Shown one piece after another: positions 57,853 to 62,171 of a DNA stretch of 62,171 nt (positions are counted from its first letter, which is position 1; each line of letters starts with the position of its first letter). Below the pieces are notes generated by a model. It did no database searches. It saw only the letters and a list, made by a program, of their open reading frames with translations, and had not been told where the DNA came from. The stretch is from Candidatus Micrarchaeota archaeon. Its GTDB lineage: Archaea; Micrarchaeota; Micrarchaeia; Micrarchaeales; CABMGC01. Position numbers and translations under genes: made by a program. The DNA lies in contig JAGWGX010000003.1 in NCBI GenBank assembly GCA_028867145.1, positions 1-62,171 of the forward strand. Reading direction: 5' to 3'.

Positions 57853-58910
57853 ACCATCATCTTTGTTATCTCCTCCCTTGGAAGACCGTACGTCTTTCCC
57901 TTTATTATGATCCTGAGCGTGAAGACCTCTATCTCCTTTAGGTACGCGTATGCGATAAGCGTCCCAATTGAGAGGACGCTGTGCTTTAGCAGCTTTATGC
58001 TCTTGTTCATGATCGCGTTTTTCATCCCAATCTCAAATCCGAGCAGCTCCTTTCTCGTCTCGCTCCTATACTGCGCAAGCTCAAATGAGAGGTCGAACAC
58101 CTTGATCTCCTTTATCATTGATTCTATGTCCTTTGAGTTCTCGTAGAGCTCCCTTAGGCTCTCCTGCTTTAGGCTGCCGTTGTTGATAAGGTTGCCTGCT
58201 ATCTCCAAGAACTTTATGTTGTACTTCTTTGCGCGAATGAGCGTGATTAGATTCCTCATGTCAATGTCCATCTTTATTATCTGAGCTGACTCGTGGTGCA
58301 TGTCGAGCAGCCTGATTATTATCGATCCAAGCTGGTTGTAGTAGAGCTTGTCTATTGTGACGCCAATGTTTGCCGCAATCTTGTCCTTGCGGTAGTTCTC
58401 AAGCGCCGCTGCAAGAATTGGCTTGTATGGAGAATTGATCATTATCCTGTTCATCATGCTCTCGATGTTCGGCTCGTTCATGAGCTCCTTTAGCGCAACT
58501 GAGTCGTAGAGCCCGTAGTTTATCACGTACTTTGAGATCTCGGAGAACGGCGCGCCCTTCTCCTTTGCATCGATTGCAAGCTTTATGTTGTAGAGGTCCC
58601 ACTTTCCAGCAATTGACCTCATAAGGCTCTTGTTCACAATTGGCGAGACTGTTATGAGCTTATCCACATTTTCTCCTAGGTTCTTTGAAAGTGCAAAGTC
58701 AATCAGGTCGGACTTCAAGTTCACGCCGCCAAACTCCTCAAGGTTCTTTTTGTAGTCGGTCTGCGCAAGTATGGCAAGCATTGTTGGAACATCCTTTGCG
58801 TTGATGATGTTTTGCATCGTCTCCTTTCTAATCATCTTGGATTCCATCGCCTTTACTCTAGCGGTTGAGTATCCGTATATGCTTGCTGCTTCGTAACCCG
58901 CTACTGGCAT
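57837..58910 (-). CDS. atpC: A-type ATP synthase subunit C
   Basis: YSTARVKAM, WDLYNIK, IDMRNL, KEIEVFTLRII. Confidence 0.93.
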   Translation of the reverse strand: MPVAGYEAASIYGYSTARVKAMESKMIRKETMQNIINAKDVPTMLAILAQTDYKKNLEEFGGVNLKSDLIDFALSKNLGENVDKLITVSPIVNKSLMRSIAGKWDLYNIKLAIDAKEKGAPFSEISKYVINYGLYDSVALKELMNEPNIESMMNRIMINSPYKPILAAALENYRKDKIAANIGVTIDKLYYNQLGSIIIRLLDMHHESAQIIKMDIDMRNLITLIRAKKYNIKFLEIAGNLINNGSLKQESLRELYENSKDIESMIKEIKVFDLSFELAQYRSETRKELLGFEIGMKNAIMNKSIKLLKHSVLSIGTLIAYAYLKEIEVFTLRIIIKGKTYGLPREEITKMMVWKAE

Positions 58911-58914
58911 AGTA

Positions 58915-59577
58915 TCACTTACTTGACTTCTTCTTTTTTGCGACCTTCTTTGTGGCCTTGACTGCTTTCTTGATCTTCTTTGGCTTTGGAGCGCTCGGCT
59001 TTGCGTGAGACGCCTTCCTTTCAGTAAATAGTGCCTCTGCTATCTTGCTCCTGATTAGTTCCTCCTTGTTTGAGAGCATCGAGTGGACGCTTGCGTCTAT
59101 TTTTATGCTGCCGTCCTTTGTCTGGATGATAACTCCCTTCTCGGATGCCGGAACGGACTTGTACCCAAGCTTTGCGAGAATCTTTCCGCTCTCCTTGTCC
59201 GCCTTGATCACAAGCTCTGCATTATCCGTTAGCTCCTTTGCGGAGGAAAGCGCCTTCTTTACTATCTTGTCGTAGTGCTTTTGCATCACGATTGATACAA
59301 TTCCCTTCTTTACCGCCGAAGATGAAGAGTCCACAACGCCGCCCTTTGCGAGAAGCACAAGATTGTTTCTCTCAATCTCCACTCCCGCATCGTGCTCCAT
59401 GCGCATTGCATGGGACCTCTTTGCGATCTCAAGCCTTGCCATGTCAAGTATCGTCTTTGCCCTTGCCTTAGCCTCGGCTGTGATTCGATATGACTCGCTC
59501 TTTGCCTCTTCATCAATCGCGCCAGCCTTCTTGTGCGCCTCCTTGACGATTTGCTCCTTTATCTCTTGCAGTGACAT
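58915..59577 (-). CDS. atpE: A-type ATP synthase subunit E with a Lys-rich tail
   Basis: MSLQEIKEQI coiled coil, GVIIQTKDGSIKIDAS; operon position. Confidence 0.9.
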   Translation of the reverse strand: MSLQEIKEQIVKEAHKKAGAIDEEAKSESYRITAEAKARAKTILDMARLEIAKRSHAMRMEHDAGVEIERNNLVLLAKGGVVDSSSSAVKKGIVSIVMQKHYDKIVKKALSSAKELTDNAELVIKADKESGKILAKLGYKSVPASEKGVIIQTKDGSIKIDASVHSMLSNKEELIRSKIAEALFTERKASHAKPSAPKPKKIKKAVKATKKVAKKKKSSK

Positions 59578-59586
59578 GTGCAACCC

Positions 59587-59829
59587 TTACACTATGCCTG
59601 CGTGGAGCATTATCAAGATTGCAATCACGAATCCAAAGATCAAGAGAGTCTCTGGAATGACCATGAAAAGCAGAACCCTTCCGAGCTCCTCCGGCTTTTC
59701 GGCGATGAGTCCAAGTCCAGCTGCGCCGATTGCGCTCTGAGCGACTCCCGTTCCGATTGCTCCTCCTGCGATTGCGATTCCTGCGCCGATTGCTGCGATT
59801 GCAGCTCCTGTGTCTATTGGTACTACCAT
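59587..59829 (-). CDS. atpK: A-type ATP synthase proteolipid subunit K (c)
   Basis: Single hairpin, GVAQ...AEKPE...IPETLLIFG. Confidence 0.95.
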   Translation of the reverse strand: MVVPIDTGAAIAAIGAGIAIAGGAIGTGVAQSAIGAAGLGLIAEKPEELGRVLLFMVIPETLLIFGFVIAILIMLHAGIV

Positions 59830-59838
59830 ATAATTCAC

Positions 59839-61695
59839 TTAAACGTTATCGTCCTCTTTTGTGTTCACCCTCCTGTACGAGAATGGCCTGAACTTTACCC
59901 CCCCTCCGGTGTAGAACTTTGAGAAGAACTCCACAAAATTCAGCCTTACACCCTGGATTAGGCCCTCGAACATCCCGAGAACCATGTTCACAAAGTGGAG
60001 TAATAGGAATACGACTAGCAAGATTATAAAGCCAAGTATCCCCCCCTGGAAGGTCGGGGTGAAGGCGTTGTCGATGAGCCTTGCGATTATCACGCTTGCC
60101 ATCCCAAACCCTAGGATTCTTGCGTAGCTAAGCGGGTGGGTCATCAGGTTTGTGAGCTCGCTTGCCTCAATGCCGCTTAGCACCCCTGTTATGACTAGGA
60201 AGACTGCAGTTAGTATCCCAAAGGTGCCAACATAGTCCGCACCTGTGAAGAAGCCGTACACTGCGACGACTCCAACAAGTATTGTAATTATCGAGCTGAG
60301 CTTGCTCATCGCGTGCTTCACATGGTGATGCTTCCAGTGATTGTAGAAGCTAAATGCAAATCCAAGTATCACCTGGACTAGCCCGAATAGAATCGTGAAG
60401 ACAAGTATCGAGGTCGCGTCGGTTATCCAGTTAAAGCCTGTGAAGGTTGTGAAGTTCTGGTTTAGCTCAAAGCCAAAGTACTGGTTTGAGAGGAAGCCGA
60501 AGAATATCGCAGAAATTGCGCAAAGCTGCCAGACCTTTGCCACATTATGGAGAAGGTCATCGGGCTTTGTCTTTTTTGCAAGCAGCCATCCAACAAGGAA
60601 GGAGACCACTCCGTATCCCACGTCGCTTATCATAAGTCCATAGAAAATCGGGAATGTGATGATGAAGATCCAGGTCGGGTCTATCTCATCGCTCCTTGGG
60701 ACGGAGTAGAACTCCATCAAAAAGTCAAATGGCTTTAGGAACGCCGGCCTGTTGACAAGGGTTGGCGCAAGCTCCTTGTCGTGAATCTTCTCAATGCCAA
60801 ACCTGTTCCTTGTGAACTTCTTGACCGATGTCGCAAACTCCTCGTAGCTCTTTGCCGGAATCCATCCCTCCACAACAAAGACCTTCTCGGTCCTCTTGAA
60901 GACTGCGCTGGCCCCCGCCCTCTGCGACTCGATTTCAAGCATCTCTTTGAAGCTTGAGAGCTCCGAGTAGTGCCTATTCCCCATTTCAAGGAGCTTTCTC
61001 TCTATCTCCTTTAGCGATTGCGTGTAGCCTTCCCTTACCTTTTTGATGTTTGCAATGGTCTGCTCGGGAGTCCCAATAAGGTACTTTGACTTTAGATCTA
61101 TCTCCTCAAGCTTGAGCCCCTTGGCTGCGTCCTCAATTGAGAGCGTCTTGTCGTATGCGATGAGCACAAGGAAGCTTTTCTTGTCGATCTTTTTTGAGAT
61201 CAGGTTGTTTCTTATCTTGCCCCTCTTTAGCGCCTCTGAAAGCTTTTCGGCGCTCCTTTTGTCGGTTACGAAGCTCTTGAACGCGAGCGCGTTGCTGTGC
61301 AGCTTTGAAAAGTCAATCTCGACCCCCAAAAAGCTGCTTGCAATCCTCTGTGCGTACTCGAGGTTTGCAAAATCCTCCTCAATCTCCCTTCTCCCCTCCC
61401 CAAGCCCGTATATTTCCTCGATGTATGAAGCGCCTTTTATCCTCTGTATTAGTGTTTCCAGCTTAAGTGTCTCCGACTGCTTTATCTGCGTGTGCTTTAG
61501 GAGCTGTAGCGCTCCGTTAACTCTGATAAGTGAGTTTGAGATCTCTGTCGCAGTTGTTGACTGGACCTCCCCGAGCTCAAGCTTACTTCTTCTTAGGTCC
61601 AAAATTCCCTGCTTGTGCAAAAAAGCGACGACGCCATCACGCTCCTGGTCTAGGAAAAGCATCCTGACCTTTTGCATAGGCTCCGTACTTAGCAT
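59839..61695 (-). CDS. atpI: A-type ATP synthase subunit I (a)
   Basis: EGWIP, EIDPT, DVGYG, SYARIL, RLNFVEFFSKFY. Confidence 0.96.
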   Translation of the reverse strand: MLSTEPMQKVRMLFLDQERDGVVAFLHKQGILDLRRSKLELGEVQSTTATEISNSLIRVNGALQLLKHTQIKQSETLKLETLIQRIKGASYIEEIYGLGEGRREIEEDFANLEYAQRIASSFLGVEIDFSKLHSNALAFKSFVTDKRSAEKLSEALKRGKIRNNLISKKIDKKSFLVLIAYDKTLSIEDAAKGLKLEEIDLKSKYLIGTPEQTIANIKKVREGYTQSLKEIERKLLEMGNRHYSELSSFKEMLEIESQRAGASAVFKRTEKVFVVEGWIPAKSYEEFATSVKKFTRNRFGIEKIHDKELAPTLVNRPAFLKPFDFLMEFYSVPRSDEIDPTWIFIITFPIFYGLMISDVGYGVVSFLVGWLLAKKTKPDDLLHNVAKVWQLCAISAIFFGFLSNQYFGFELNQNFTTFTGFNWITDATSILVFTILFGLVQVILGFAFSFYNHWKHHHVKHAMSKLSSIITILVGVVAVYGFFTGADYVGTFGILTAVFLVITGVLSGIEASELTNLMTHPLSYARILGFGMASVIIARLIDNAFTPTFQGGILGFIILLVVFLLLHFVNMVLGMFEGLIQGVRLNFVEFFSKFYTGGGVKFRPFSYRRVNTKEDDNV

Positions 61696-61697
61696 GA

Positions 61698-62024
61698 TTA
61701 TTCACCGGCGATCTCTTTCGCCACCTGCTCTGATATCTCCTTTATCTTGCTCTTGGAGAGTTTAATCTTCCTAATTTGCTCAACTGCCTTGTGGGTTGCC
61801 TTGGTCTCATCCCCCCTTAGCCTCTCTAGCTCCTTCTGGGTTGAGACTATTGACGCGGCCACCTCCTCCTTTGCCCTATGCTCTGCCTCCTCGACCATCT
61901 TCCTTGCGTCCGCGGTTGCCTCATCGATCTGTCTTTGCTTCTTAGAAAGAGCCTTTTCGATCAATTTGCCCGCCTCAGCCTCGGCATCTTGAACTTCGTT
62001 AATGGATTTTATTTCCTTATCCAT
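61698..62024 (-). CDS. atpH: A-type ATP synthase subunit H (G)
   Basis: Charged coiled coil (AEAEA...), first gene of the operon. Confidence 0.85.
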   Translation of the reverse strand: MDKEIKSINEVQDAEAEAGKLIEKALSKKQRQIDEATADARKMVEEAEHRAKEEVAASIVSTQKELERLRGDETKATHKAVEQIRKIKLSKSKIKEISEQVAKEIAGE

Positions 62025-62171
62025 AGGAATCAGCTGTTTTCTGGTTTTCTATTTTCCGTAAAAAACCAGTAAAACAATTACTATGAGAAAACAAGGTATT
62101 TAAGCCAATCGTTATGAAAATCTCCGATATAAAAAGTATCCAAGATTGCCTGCAAGGAGCGCAATTAGAAG

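Noticed and set aside
62041-62171. Inverted repeat CTGGTTTT/AAAACCAG and an open frame from ATG 62114
   Set aside because: Low-complexity short repeat; the ORF is cut by the window edge and too short to call.

Overview
Archaeal chromosomal segment, most likely DPANN and probably Micrarchaeota. This assignment is inferred from the divergent 16S 5' end, the S-layer type and the QSAMEYL-type pilin leaders. In order, the window holds: the 5' end of a 16S rRNA gene; a pilin-like Kelch protein; three 83-aa orphan ORFs; rpoL; the S19e-PDCD5-L39e-L31e-aIF6 cluster; a ~19 kb surface-glycosylation locus (GT2/GT4s, divergent AglB, two FkbM methyltransferases, phosphodiesterase-family enzyme, gmd, perosamine synthase) ending in the S-layer gene; aRF1; SerRS; tRNA-Leu; rpoK; a GGR-family reductase; SMC; signal peptidase; L30e-S12-S7-EF2-L7Ae-S28e-L24e; an accessory region (wHTH-TM-extracellular fusion, pilin-LamG); tRNA-Val; Dph6; and a complete A-type ATP synthase operon with a LAGLIDADG intein in subunit A. 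Two hicBA pairs sit among the housekeeping genes. The most unusual signals are an AglB lacking the WWD and DK motifs, apparent ATC/CTG/ATA start codons, a 48/50-nt inverted repeat between the two FkbM genes, a membrane-anchored transcription factor with an operator-like array, and a near-identical C-terminal tail on unrelated ribosomal proteins. All calls come from motif recognition by eye; no database searches were run.
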